From Nemertoderma westbladi (Eukaryota; Animalia; Xenacoelomorpha), in NCBI GenBank assembly GCA_032718475.1, contig JAUCBJ010002115.1, forward strand, positions 1-64,000: DNA of 64,000 bases, in the 5' to 3' direction. Positions 12,283 to 24,269 of the stretch are shown piece after piece; position 1 is the first letter of the stretch, and every line of letters starts with the position of its first letter. The notes below the pieces were generated by a model. The model was given only the letters and a program-made list of their open reading frames with translations. It made no database searches and was not told the origin of the DNA. The translations under genes and the position numbers were made by a program.

Positions 12283-13731
12283 TTAGTCTTTCTTGCGCGG
12301 ACGGCGTTTACGCAGTTTTTTAAAGCTAGCCAGAGTCCTTTTCTCTTTGGGGCGAGCCACTTTACAAGGAGGGCTATAACTCCTGGGTGAAGGGTGCAAT
12401 ATGATTGCATCAGAGGGTGTAGGATTATGGTCGGTGTATCCGCCAGTCGAAGTACCGGGTTGATTGACATCAACGTCCGGGGAGAGGGGTCTAACGGCTT
12501 TGAGAGCTCGTTTCAAGACAGCCGCTCTTACGGGTCCTTTACGAGTGGTCTGAACGAGGGCCGTGGGTGGACCATAGGCAGTTAGAAACCTCCGGGGTTT
12601 AATGGTCCTTTCCAACTCGCGTTCGCGGGCTCGGTATTCGTAAGGCCGTCGTTTTTCTTCCTGTAACTCGGGGTGTGAGTTAACAAACAAGTCTCCATAG
12701 TCCGGATCCTGACAGATATAATTGATTAAGTTATAGGAATGAAGGTCGCTAGGATTAACACTCCTGAGAAATTTGCGTACGAATTTAGTTGAAATACATT
12801 CTCCGACGCGCTTCAGTAGTTCGTAACTCGATATGCGTGATTTCTGTTCGACAGAAGCGAATAGATAAGGATGGAACGCATAAATTCCTTCGTAAGCGCG
12901 TCCAGGATAATAACGATGGCGCGAATCACAATGTAAATCAGCGTTCGCTTCCCAAGCTCTGATGTAACGTAGTGTGATCATTTCATCTACGCTTTTCAAA
13001 TCGTGATTAAAAGGGCAATCGAAACTGGCGCGTCCCTTTAGTTGACAATGGTGACATTGAGTCATAAATTGAGGGCAAACCGCAAAAATGTGCAAGTTAT
13101 TGAGTCTGCAATACGCACAATAAATTTCCATCACCGGTTGTTCGTGGAAATAGGAACAGCGGACGTTGGTGTCCATGGGCGTAACATGGTCTCTCGATGC
13201 GCATAACCGACAACGTTGCCGAGAAACATAGTTGGCATGGCGATAATTGTACGCAGTGAGACACTGTGGACCTTGATACCATTCTAGGATGTAATCGTTG
13301 TCGCTGTTCCGGGCGCGATAGGCTGAATCTCCTCAGATTCTAGGCATATTGGTTCGTCTTCCCAGTCTGTTACGAATAGAATTTTCGTGATCTATTCTCG
13401 GTTTATCGTTCCGACTCCGCTGGGTATGATTTTTAAATAGAACCATTTCCCTTTCGGTGTCTACATCGTCCGTATCATGTAAATCGATAGGATGGCCGGT
13501 AGTTAGGAAGTCCATATACGTACTATTACGATGCGTGTAGCGAGCGGTGGATTTTCGATAGTCCAATTCACGCGCAAGTTGCTCTTGGGACATCGGCGGT
13601 TCGATATAACGACCATCGTCCTCCGTAATGGTTGGATCGGCTTCACCGCGTATTAAGCTATCCACAAATGCTTGCAAAGGTAGAGTATATCGCTCCCTAA
13701 TACCAAGATCATCTTCTATCAACTCCGTCAT
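12283..13731 (-). CDS. Extra ORF of the BEL/Pao element, ~482 codons with one in-frame TGA at 13333-13335; Cys/His motifs and basic C-terminus
   Basis: ORFs 13333-13731 and 12283-13176 share a frame, and the 52 codons between them are open (GDSAYRARNSDNDYILEWYQGPQCLTAYNYRHANYVSRQRCRLCASRDHVTP). Confidence 0.75.
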
Positions 13732-15357
13732 ATCTGCTATCTGAGTTTATAAATATCAAATGAGTTTATATTTAGGCGAGCGGGCGTCGCTGCCTACTTC
13801 TCTTTGCCCCCGGACAGTGGGATTCTCAGCGCCGATGTACCGTCGTCGCGGTGTTTACACCAACATGTAGCAACATCACGACAACGATAACCGGTACAAG
13901 TCACTCCACTGTCCGTCCCAAAGGCTTGAATCCACTTTAGGTTCTTTCTATAGGAGAGTTGGGCTACTTTCACAATTGCGACTAGCTACTGTAAACACAC
14001 CTTAGCAGTAACATTCACCTATAAACGCACAAATTCCACACAACTGTCACCAATTGTACACATACAGGCCATTTGTCCGTTAGTCAGTGCCTTCCAGAAT
14101 GTCACGTTATTACTGTGTATCCTTGGATACTAGCAGTGTGCTATATTCTCTATGCTATGCAATGGGACAAGCTTTCTATTGTTCTTTTAACTTGCTTCTA
14201 ATTCTAGCGTGGGTGTTGCTATGGTGACATTATGGAATGCTAGCGGTAGAATTAGGGTAATTCTCATGCATACAGATCTGGGATGCTATTTAATAATAAT
14301 TCTTTAATTGTCAATATCCTCTTTATGCATGATTTTATTAATTTTATTGGCTATTGACTATATGTCGGAGATTCTCGCACTCTAATACACTCAATAGGAT
14401 GAATCTCCGCTCCCATGATCTATTAATTAATGGAATTTTGGGAATGTTATAAATTGTACAAAATGACAATTTATGAAATTCATTTAAAATATGAATTTAA
14501 ATTTATTCCCGTGAATTTTATTATTTGATGTTAAAATTGACACAATTTGATTCCAGAGCAGGTCTGGGGACATAGGATCCTTAATTCTATGAAATTTGTC
14601 TTTTAAGAGTATCGGTAAGTGCTACGATATCTTAATCGACTAGAATTGTTAACGGATCTGAATTTTACAGATTTTAATAAATATTAAATTAATATTTAAG
14701 ATGGGCACCGATTTATTCCAGAACTTGTCTGGGGACGTTAACCACTGATTCTAGAATTTGTCTTTCAAGTATATCGGTGGGTGCCGCGATATCTTAATCA
14801 ACTAGAATTACAGATGGTCAAAAGGTTTAACAGATTTATTTGCGTTTTACGCTACTGTTATAGGGACATCACACTACTATATGTATTATTTAATATAAGG
14901 TAGAAGAGCAATATCGCACAAAGCAATGTCAGTGTGAAGAGGCAAGTCGTTTCCAAGGTCTACCCAGAGCTTGGTTTAGCTGAGACACGAGGATCTGAAC
15001 TTTGCATTCCTAATACTCTGCCTACCAATAATACTTGAACATAGTAGTGGCTTTATTGTACTTTAATAAGTACGGACATTTCATCTTACTGTAGTCACGT
15101 ATTTATAATATGATACGGACAGTAAGGAAAGAGAAAAAATAATTATTTCTCGCCGTCGCACTAAATATATTATAAGTAATTACGTACGTAATAAACACTA
15201 ATATATTGCACTAATCTACCAAATAATCACTAAAATAACATTCTACTAAATAAAATTAAAGGAAACGATTATAATAAAATTACATAATAATACATACATA
15301 AATATAAAATAAAAACAAATATAAAATAATGTAGTCACACGCCCACTCCATATGTTA

Positions 15358-18300
15358 TTACGTTATGGAGTCCCTAGATATTTGTCGGATTAGGGAAGTG
15401 GTCGTAGGAAGAGTATCTTGCCTTCCATAGTTTCCGGACAGTTTTCGGTCTCTTTCCAGTAAACATAAACGACTAGCTGGGCGATTTAGTTGTTGTGTTA
15501 CTTTCTCCGCTCCCTTGGCCTGTCTAATCTTCACCGGGGTAAGATGAGGAGGCCATTCTCCTTCTTCTTTACTTAAGAAGTCGGATCCACCTAACCAGCC
15601 TGGAGTATCTATCAGTTCTTGAGGAGTTGCTCCTCTGGAAGCGATGTCGGCTGGATTAATCGTCCCAAGGCAATGTCTCCATTGATCTACATTGGAGTTA
15701 ATATCGTCATTATCTGAGGAGTATGGTGTTCCCTCAGTTGGATCGTCCACATCACTGCTCTCCACTTCCCATTCCTTTACTTGGTATACCTGTTGTTGAG
15801 GTAATCTCTCTTTGAGAGTTCTACGGGAAGGGCCAGTGAAGTACCAACCTACTCTAGTTCTTACCGCATAGGTTTGTAGTGGCTGTGGTTGAGCAGGCCG
15901 TTTCTCCAATGTCTCTAGCGCCTCATGCGCGTTTTGGCCGATGAGTATTTGCACTCCAGGATAATCTGTCTGGAATCGAGGTATCTTAAGATGTTGGATG
16001 CTCTCATCCTCGTCCCAATTATAAAGGTCTGCTTGGGTAGTAGCGAAGTTCTTTATAGCCACCATTTTTACTGACCTTATACTTTGTGCTCCTAATTTAT
16101 CCTGGGGGGTGGACAACGCACCTACATAGTAATCTGCCGTTATGGTAGATTTCCAAACCTGTATAATTCCGGACATATTCAACTTAGTTTGGAATTTGGG
16201 TTGTCCAGCAAAGATATCTTCGGCTAGTTCTTGCTCGATGAATGTTCCTGTGCTGCCGGAGTCAAGGAGGGCGTTCACTATGTAACTTTTGTTGGGACCG
16301 TGAACTCTTACCTGCACTACAGGAAATTCTCTGATTCCTACGTTGGAAGTTGGAGCTTTCCAAGATGGTTGTTTGGCAAAAGTAGTTGGGGGAAACTCAT
16401 TGTTGGTGTCCTTTTCATAAGTAAGTGCTCGATACACTGAGGTATTTATTAGGTAACAGGATTCGTTGGCGTCGGAGAATTCGTCAGTATAGAATCCTTC
16501 CATCTCAGACTCTTGATCAGTGTCATTTACATCACTGAATTGGACATGTAGTTCGGGCTCACTTACCTGACTCGGGTTGTCTCGTTCGAACTCACTGTGT
16601 AACAAGATGTGATGTTTCGCGCCACACTTTGCACACTTTACGTCGGAGTAACAGGTTCGCCGTTGGTGTCCTGATCTGAGGCAATTATAGCATAACCGCT
16701 TATTCCACAGGACTGTACGTCTGTCTACAGGGGATTTCTTTAGAAATTCAGCACACGCACTCAAACGGTGGGTCCCGTCGCACAGCGCACAGTTAGGTTT
16801 TATGTTACTCACTTTACCTTGGGTAACTTGATGCACTCTCGTTTTTTCTTCGGGTTCTCTTCGGTGCATTCTGTTAGGAGACTGAGGGGGGGTCTTGGCA
16901 ACCTGTTCTCTCCTATCGTTGTTTCGAGCCTTGTATTTACTTACATCTTTTGAGGTTTTGTCAACGTAGCAAGATCTCTCAGTGTCTTTCCAGCTGTCCT
17001 CTTCTTGAGAAGCTTGGCTTTCGCCGTCGTCAGTGTAACACACCGGTGTTACTCTTCTCCTAGAAGCGGGTTTCTCACTTACCTTATTTTCCGATGTTTT
17101 CTCTCTGGACTGCTTGATGAGTTGTAGTTTTACCTCACCATCTAAGAAGGACATGAGATCAGCCATGGTAGGACTTCGTCGTTGTTGTTCATTCATGTAC
17201 AACACTTTCTTGTCCCAGCGTGTACATACTCCACCCTTTGGTAAAGTAGAGACTACTGCTCCAATAACCATTGAACTCTGATATTCATGAGACTTACCTA
17301 ACCAGTCCAATTGTCTACAGATCTCCTGAATTTCATCGGAAAACTCTATAATCCCGCTACTAAGGAAGTGTCGGGGGGCTACTAATTTTGCATACAAATA
17401 CTTAGCTATGTTATCTTTGTTACCATACCTGATGTTTAATGTATCCCAAACTTGTCTTAATCCATCTGGATGTCCAATAAACTTTAACGCCATTAACCTG
17501 GGAGGTCCTTCCAAGCACTTGATGAGGAACCTAAGTTTCTCTCCGTTAGATAGTACAGAGTTTTGTATGTTATCTTTGTAATATTCGTTGAAAGGTAGCC
17601 ATTTCATCTCATCTCCATTGAATTTAACGATCTCTCCCACTTTGACCGCTTGGCGGGCTTCTGTTCTAGCCATCTGACGCGTAAAACTTTCTTGAGCCAT
17701 CGTATTATTGAATATAGAATTATCGGTATATAAATTTCTCGGATTATGATCAGGTCTATATGGAATATTATTATCAACAGGTTTATAATTACCCTGAATA
17801 GGGTTTACTATAGGAGTTTCTACTTCACTAGCAGTATAGATGCGTGTAGGCTCCACACCTTGCGCATGAAATACTTCAGACCTAACGGGTTGACACATTG
17901 TTACAGGGGGTGGTGTTATACCCCTTTGTATGTTCACTAATTTATCGCGTTCTAACGCGATACTTTGCTGCACCTTTTGCAACTCTAACCTACTTTCCCT
18001 GACTGTTCCCTTGAGCTGCTGAACAGTCTCTTCCATTTCCCGGACCTGCTGAGAGGAGCACAAACAGTGTTCCCTCAGCTGCTCGAGCAGGAGACCCATC
18101 TCCCGTCGTCCCTCAGCTACCCACTCAACCGCCGAAGCGGGAGTCGCCAACGTAGTAGCGGGCGAGCGAGAGACGACGGGCGATAAATTCTTGATATCTC
18201 GCTCGGCGTCCAGGACGGGTTCGGACTCGGGAACAGTCCTACTGGGCACAGGTAGTTTAGTACTGTACAAAGGGAATTTATAGGCAGGTTCTGGGAGTAC

Positions 18301-18555
18301 AGGTGTCTCTATCTTTCTTTCCGCTTCTACTGTTGCCATTGCCTCTGCCGCCTTTCTTTCCGCTTCTGCTGTTGCCATTGTCTCTGCCGCCTTTCTTTCC
18401 GCTTCTGCTGTTGCCATTGCCTCTGCCGCCTTTCTTTTCGCTTCTGCTGTTGCCATTGCCTCTGCCATCTTCCTTTCAAGACCCTGTCCAAGTCTAAGAC
18501 TCATTCTAACACCTTCCAAAAGACTATCTGACAGTACCCGTTTTGTGTCAGACAT
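15358..18555 (-). CDS. gag-pro: BEL/Pao Gag-aspartic protease polyprotein (1065 aa) ending in short Pol remnants
   Basis: DUF1759-like region (KFNGDEMKW...EKLRFLIKCLEG), triple Cys/His knuckles (CALCDGTH..C, CYNC....H....C, CAKCGAKHH.LLH), protease LLDSGS, then NPADIASRG and RPASRLCLLE; no YxDD and no integrase core. Confidence 0.92.
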   Translation of the reverse strand: MSDTKRVLSDSLLEGVRMSLRLGQGLERKMAEAMATAEAKRKAAEAMATAEAERKAAETMATAEAERKAAEAMATVEAERKIETPVLPEPAYKFPLYSTKLPVPSRTVPESEPVLDAERDIKNLSPVVSRSPATTLATPASAVEWVAEGRREMGLLLEQLREHCLCSSQQVREMEETVQQLKGTVRESRLELQKVQQSIALERDKLVNIQRGITPPPVTMCQPVRSEVFHAQGVEPTRIYTASEVETPIVNPIQGNYKPVDNNIPYRPDHNPRNLYTDNSIFNNTMAQESFTRQMARTEARQAVKVGEIVKFNGDEMKWLPFNEYYKDNIQNSVLSNGEKLRFLIKCLEGPPRLMALKFIGHPDGLRQVWDTLNIRYGNKDNIAKYLYAKLVAPRHFLSSGIIEFSDEIQEICRQLDWLGKSHEYQSSMVIGAVVSTLPKGGVCTRWDKKVLYMNEQQRRSPTMADLMSFLDGEVKLQLIKQSREKTSENKVSEKPASRRRVTPVCYTDDGESQASQEEDSWKDTERSCYVDKTSKDVSKYKARNNDRREQVAKTPPQSPNRMHRREPEEKTRVHQVTQGKVSNIKPNCALCDGTHRLSACAEFLKKSPVDRRTVLWNKRLCYNCLRSGHQRRTCYSDVKCAKCGAKHHILLHSEFERDNPSQVSEPELHVQFSDVNDTDQESEMEGFYTDEFSDANESCYLINTSVYRALTYEKDTNNEFPPTTFAKQPSWKAPTSNVGIREFPVVQVRVHGPNKSYIVNALLDSGSTGTFIEQELAEDIFAGQPKFQTKLNMSGIIQVWKSTITADYYVGALSTPQDKLGAQSIRSVKMVAIKNFATTQADLYNWDEDESIQHLKIPRFQTDYPGVQILIGQNAHEALETLEKRPAQPQPLQTYAVRTRVGWYFTGPSRRTLKERLPQQQVYQVKEWEVESSDVDDPTEGTPYSSDNDDINSNVDQWRHCLGTINPADIASRGATPQELIDTPGWLGGSDFLSKEEGEWPPHLTPVKIRQAKGAEKVTQQLNRPASRLCLLERDRKLSGNYGRQDTLPTTTSLIRQISRDSIT

Positions 18556-20807
18556 TTTTGTTTGTACAGTTGAATGCCTACTGCTATATTACAGTTAAAG
18601 CAAGTCTAGTAATTCAGTATCACTGCAAGCCTAGCGATTAATTACCGATACCGTTACTCGGTGTAACGTGATATATATACAATATATTAGAATACCGGTA
18701 TGCTTATAGTATATATATAAGTATTATTACAGACTAGATTTGTCACAGAGTACCGGTATATAATTTTAGCACAAATATATATAAATATATAATAGGCCTA
18801 TCGTGAATACCGGTATGCAGCTTACACTTATAGTATATAAGTATAATTCTGGACTAGAACTAATTACAGAATACCGGTATGATTTCAGCACAAATTTATA
18901 GAAATAAATATAATAAGCCTATGGTAAATACCGGTATGTCAATTATTTTAGAATAGTTGAATTTCTGAATATTTTAGGGTTACTTGGTTACTTTAACTTA
19001 CTTTATTACCGTTATTTAAGCAGTAGTCCAACTGATATTGAGACCTAGTTGTTGTATGGCAGGCCTACTATTTATAAATCGTTTGAGTTGATTTATAATA
19101 GATATATACCCGTTTAAAATGGGTTTTGTCAATATTTGAAATAAATGTTATTATTTCTGGGGGGTGTCACTACACAGAAGCTGTGCGCTCTCAGTGAAGT
19201 GCTATTTATTGGACACTAAAACAGATAATTCTACTTCCTAAGTTACTTATCTACGAATTACTTACGATACGGGTGAGATTAATTCTCTAACTAAACACAA
19301 CAAAAATATTACGTACGAAATTTTAGGGTAATTTTACAGGGAAACTACAAACCAGTCTAACAAAGGGTTAGAACTTCTGGTTATTACAACAGACAGGATA
19401 CTACGGTATTTGAGAATAATAAAGCAGTAGTCAATATACTGCGTTGTCCAGATAGGAAAAATACCACCGCCTGACGACCTATAGCCGTATCGCTATAGGT
19501 ACTACGTTATGTATCACGGAGTGTTCCTACCTAGAAGTTAATTACCGCGGACTACCAGATCCAACGTGCTTATTAACCACTTTACAACACAATACACTGC
19601 CCACACACTAATTACCTTCGGAAAGCACTGTACACTAAACCCTAAATTAGGTACAAGTACTGGTACAACAAATAATCAGTAGTTAAATATACTTGAACAG
19701 TTAAAAGAACCACGGCATCTGCTGGAGTGACCAGAGCACAAAGTCACCAGTCTTTACCTACGCCAAGCAGCCCGTGTAGTACCGGGGTTAATTTAACTAT
19801 AACGGTATGTGTAACAAGCACAATTACTGTAGGAATAAACTTGGGGACATGAATGTAGCGAATAATCGCATAAACTCTGAATAATAAATATTACGCTACC
19901 CGTACAGAATACTCAAACAAAATACAAACCAAAACGCTGGCAGACTACCACCAAGCCTAAATAAACTACCGTACGTGTAGATTCTGAAATGGTTAGTTAG
20001 TATGCGTTCTAACACGGTAGTACGACTTATTCTTTAAGAGGGGATTGACCTTACCGCTATGGCTGCCCCAACTTACTAACGGAGCTTTATCAGACAAACT
20101 CTACACACGCAGCAATCTCTTCAGACCTAATAATAGCTAGACAACAATCCAGCCTACAAAATATCTGAGTAATAACTATTACGGTACCTGAACAGACCAC
20201 ACAAACAAACACAGGCCAAAACACTGGCAGAATACTGTCAAGCCTAAATAAACTACAGTATGTGCAGATTCCAAAACGGTTAGTTAGTATGCGTTCTAAC
20301 ACGGTAGTACGACTTATTCTTTAAGAGGGGATTGACCTTACACTCAAGTTGCCCCAACTTACTAACTGGCACTTTATTGGACAAACTTTACACACGCCGT
20401 AATCTCTCCAAACCCAACAACAATCCGACAACAGTCCGGCCTACAATTATCTGAACAATCTGAGCAGACTTACACGTCTTCAGCTCAATATTAACTTACT
20501 AGGAAATAAAACTGACAGAAATAAGTAAACTATACAAAAGAATGAGGGGTGATCAATCCCTATTCCCCTGGCAGCCTACAATATACAATAGATCACAATC
20601 GAAATAATACTAATGTACTTGTACTGGAAGTACCGGTTAGGACAGTTGGGCCTACGGACCTACAGAAGTACCGGTTCTGGCAGTTGGACCTACGGACCTA
20701 CAGCAGTACCGGTTCTGGCAGTTGGGCCTACTGACCTACAGAAGTACCGGTTCAGGTTTACCGGTTGACCGGTACTTTCAACTTTATTGCTTACTGCAAT
20801 AAAGTCA

Positions 20808-20818
20808 ATGACTGTTAT
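20808..20818 (-). other. Putative self-priming site ATAACAGTCAT at the PBS position
   Basis: Abuts the 5' LTR; no TGG; complementary to the LTR-internal 11-mer at 21571-21581 (11693-11703 in the other LTR). Confidence 0.6.
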
Positions 20819-22082
20819 TGTACGCGCTTTTGAAGACCTTTAGCAGTTTAACCTGCCAAAATTTATATGTCTTTTGGGTTATAGATATACTTTAGAAGAT
20901 GACAAATATTTAATACCAATAAACACAACATTAGCAGAAGCCAGCCTAGTGCGCGTCCATTCACCCGCTGGATAATCCCGGGAGACTGGATTCTGAGGGC
21001 TTAAATTATTATTGCAGTGAAGCTTACGGTATTGTATTATTCGATTGATCGTTAATAATTAATTTCTGACTAATATTATTCACTTTCGGGAAATATTAAC
21101 AGTTCCTTTAGGACGTGGTGCTCTATCTAAGTAAACAGAGATATGACTTATACTAATCACAACGGTAAGTCGGTAAGGCTTAAGATTCACGTATGAGGCG
21201 TATTCTTTAGGAAATGCTTAGTTATCAGTCACAATCATGCACACTACCGGTAACACACAATACTGCTCACTAATTTGCCGACCGTCAATGAATTTTATCA
21301 TATATAAAGGGAATAGCAACGGACCAATGTAGTGCTTATCAAATAGCATTAAATTCACTACAAACCACAACAATATAAGTCGCAATCGCTATATATAACC
21401 CGTCTCTCTAACCTGTAGTGTATCAAGAAAATTGGGAAATTTGGGTTCTTTATATATGTTCTCCAAATGATATTCAACCAAAACACAACAGTAAACAGCA
21501 TTAAGACGGTAAGTTAAGATATGATATGAACTGATATGGACCGATATGTGATATGAGTTGTTAAGAACTGATAACAGTCATACGCTCTATAATTTTAGCC
21601 TACTAATGTTTCTTCTATAAGTATGAAACGAATTGATTCTAGAGCCGTTGTTCCTGGCCTAGACAGCAATAACAACAAAGTATCAGTAAAAAACAGTAAG
21701 ACTGAACACTCTCCTTATGATCGGCCGAAAAGCTACACGTCGACAGGAAAAATCGCTCTGATTGGCTCAAGCCAAACAAAGAACCATGCGTCCAATGGCT
21801 GTTTCCATGTCAGCAACCAGCTGTTAGATGTCGTAATATGAATCATCACGGCTAAGCTGTGAAAGGTATTTGGTGCATTGCAGGTTTTTTGCCTTACCAT
21901 GTCCGCTAAAACACGTATATAGCAGAATGACTTTTATGTCCGTTAAAACACCTGTAACGGTACCTTGCGGGCGAGGGGAATATATGTACAGTTAGAGAAC
22001 CTTTTTAGAGTATTCCAGCGCCTGGGGGGAAACTGGATTGCGAAGCAAAAGGGGCCAGTTATATCCCACAGAAGCTTTTACA
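20819..22082 (-). repeat. 5' LTR of the BEL/Pao element
   Basis: Direct repeat of 10941-12204, offset 9878. Confidence 0.95.
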
Positions 22083-23876
22083 AAAGCTAAGGACGATCTT
22101 AAATTGGCCTACAACATCAGCCAGGAAAAGTACATACAGGATAAAACTGAAGCAATTACAACTGCTCACATACAGCAACAATCAAGACTTACCTGGCAAA
22201 CTGTAAATGAGGTATCTGGTCGGAAAAGTTGTGCAAAGGGGCGCCTCAAAGCCGATAGTCCTGAAGAACGTGTTGGGAAGTGGAAAAATCACTTCAGCAA
22301 CTTGCTTGGGCAGCCACCAAACATCGAGGTCAGCCCTACAAGGAAAATATATGACAAGACACTACCTATAGAAACAGGGGACTTCACACCTGCCGAACTC
22401 CAAAGAAGCATTAAAAGCATGTCCAATAATAAAGCGAGTGGATTAGATGAAATCCCAGCGGAGGTATGGAAAACCGGAGTGCTAAATAGACCATTATTGA
22501 ATGTTTGCAACCGGATGTTAAAAGGGGAAAAGCCACCACCAATTTGGACTAAAGGTCAACTAAAGCCTCTCCCCAAGAAAGGAGACCTCGGCATACCAAC
22601 AAACTATCGTGGGATCTGTCTGCTTGTGGTAGCTGCCAAAATATACAATAAAATGATTCTATATAGGATTAGGTCTCACATAGAGAAACTACTGCGTAAG
22701 AGCCAAAACGAATTTCGACCAAGTAGATCAACAATAGCTCAGATAGTTGCGCTACGGAGACTGATTGAAGGAATTAAGTCAAAGAATCTCCCCGCAGTCA
22801 TGACTTTTGTGGACTTCAAGAAGGCATTCGACTCCATCCATAGAGGTAAAATGCTTGAAATCCTAAGAGCTTATGTAATACCATAAGTAATTGTTGCTGG
22901 CATTGGATTGCTAAATTGTGACACAGAAGCGCAGGTACTCTCACCAGATGGTGAAACTGAGTTTTTCTCAATCCTGGCTGGCGTACTGCAAGGTGACACA
23001 TTAGCACCATTACTATTTGTAATTGTGCTGGATTACGCAATGAGGACGGCCACAAAGGGTGAAGATCTGGGATTCACACTTCAAGAACGCAGAAGTAGTA
23101 GATATCCGGCAACTACAGTCACAGACACCGACTTTGCGGATGACATCGCCCTGCTCTCTAATACACTAGCAGATGCACAGATTCTACTAAATAAAGTGGA
23201 GAGGGCTGCTAAGGAGGTTGGATTGCATATAAATGCTACCAAGACCGAATTCATGACCTTTAATGTTGATGGAAACTTGACAACCATTGATAATAATCAA
23301 CTAAGGCAGGTCGATGACTTCCAGTACCTTGGATCATGGATAGAGAGTAGCAAAAAGGACATAGAAGTTAGGAAAGCAAAGGCTTGGGTAGCTCTATCAA
23401 AAATGGATACCATCTGGAAATCAGATCTCTCCAGGCACCTGAAGACTAAGTTCTTTCGAGCCACAGTGGAAAGTGTATTTTTATACGGGGGTGAGACCTG
23501 GACACTGACTAAATCACTTGAACAACGAATTGATGGTTGCTACATAAGACTACTAAGGGCAGCCCTAAACATCAGCTGGAGACAACACATGACAAACGCC
23601 GAGCTTTATGGTACAATACCACCTGTATCAAACACCCTCCGTGAACGCAGATTAAGATTCAGTGGGCACTGCTGGCGAAGTAAAGACGAGGTCATACCAG
23701 ATCTACTTCTCTGGCAACCAACTCATGGAAAGCGTAGTCATGGACGACCTGCCATAACATATATAGATCAACTTGAAAGGGATACTGAACTTGGGAGAAA
23801 CGAAATTGCGACAACTATGGAGAATCGGGAAGCCTGGAAGGATCTCATTTCCACTGTCCGAGTTCGCTCGACCTAG
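22083..23876 (+). pseudogene. RTE reverse transcriptase; one in-frame TAA at 22884-22886
   Basis: NYRGICLL, FVDFKKAFDSI, GVLQGDTLAP, FADDIAL and YLGS motifs; ORFs 22038-22886 and 22908-23876 share one frame. Confidence 0.93.
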
Positions 23877-24269
23877 TAGTAGTAGTAGTAGTACCTAATA
23901 TACTGCTTGACAATTATATTTTATACTCCGAATTAAACTTATTATTTTCTTACTTATTCTTACCCTTTCATCTGTTCAATATATGTCTTAAAAAAGAGAT
24001 TAACGATAGTACTGTTTCAAGCGAGTTATCGTAGAATCGTACAGCCTTGCAATAGATTGGGTTGTGCAGCACATCCAATCCAGGTAGTCATAATTCGCGT
24101 TATGTCGCATCGCCTCCGAGGATCGAAAGTTCAGGCTTCAGATTTGAAGCTGATGCGATACCGGCATATAAGACAACATACTCAGACTGTAACAAACTAA
24201 AGCCCATTGACTCCCCCAACCCATCAACTGAAGAATTTATACTTCCTAACTAGAAAGCCAGCAAGCTGG

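Larger units (their letters stand above)
10941..22082 (-). mobile_element. BEL/Pao LTR retrotransposon, non-autonomous (Gag-protease plus extra ORF), AAAGC TSD
   Basis: Two 1264-bp TG...CA LTRs; AAAGC at 10936-10940 and 22083-22087; BEL-type Gag. Confidence 0.95.
10127..23888 (+). mobile_element. 5'-truncated RTE-clade LINE with 10-bp TSD TAGTACCTAA, split by the BEL/Pao element
   Basis: TSD at 10117-10126 and 23889-23898; (TAG)n tail; reading frame continuous across the AAAGC insertion site. Confidence 0.92.

Noticed and set aside
12283-13731. env gene
   Set aside because: No signal peptide or transmembrane segment; the basic NLS-like tail argues against a glycoprotein.
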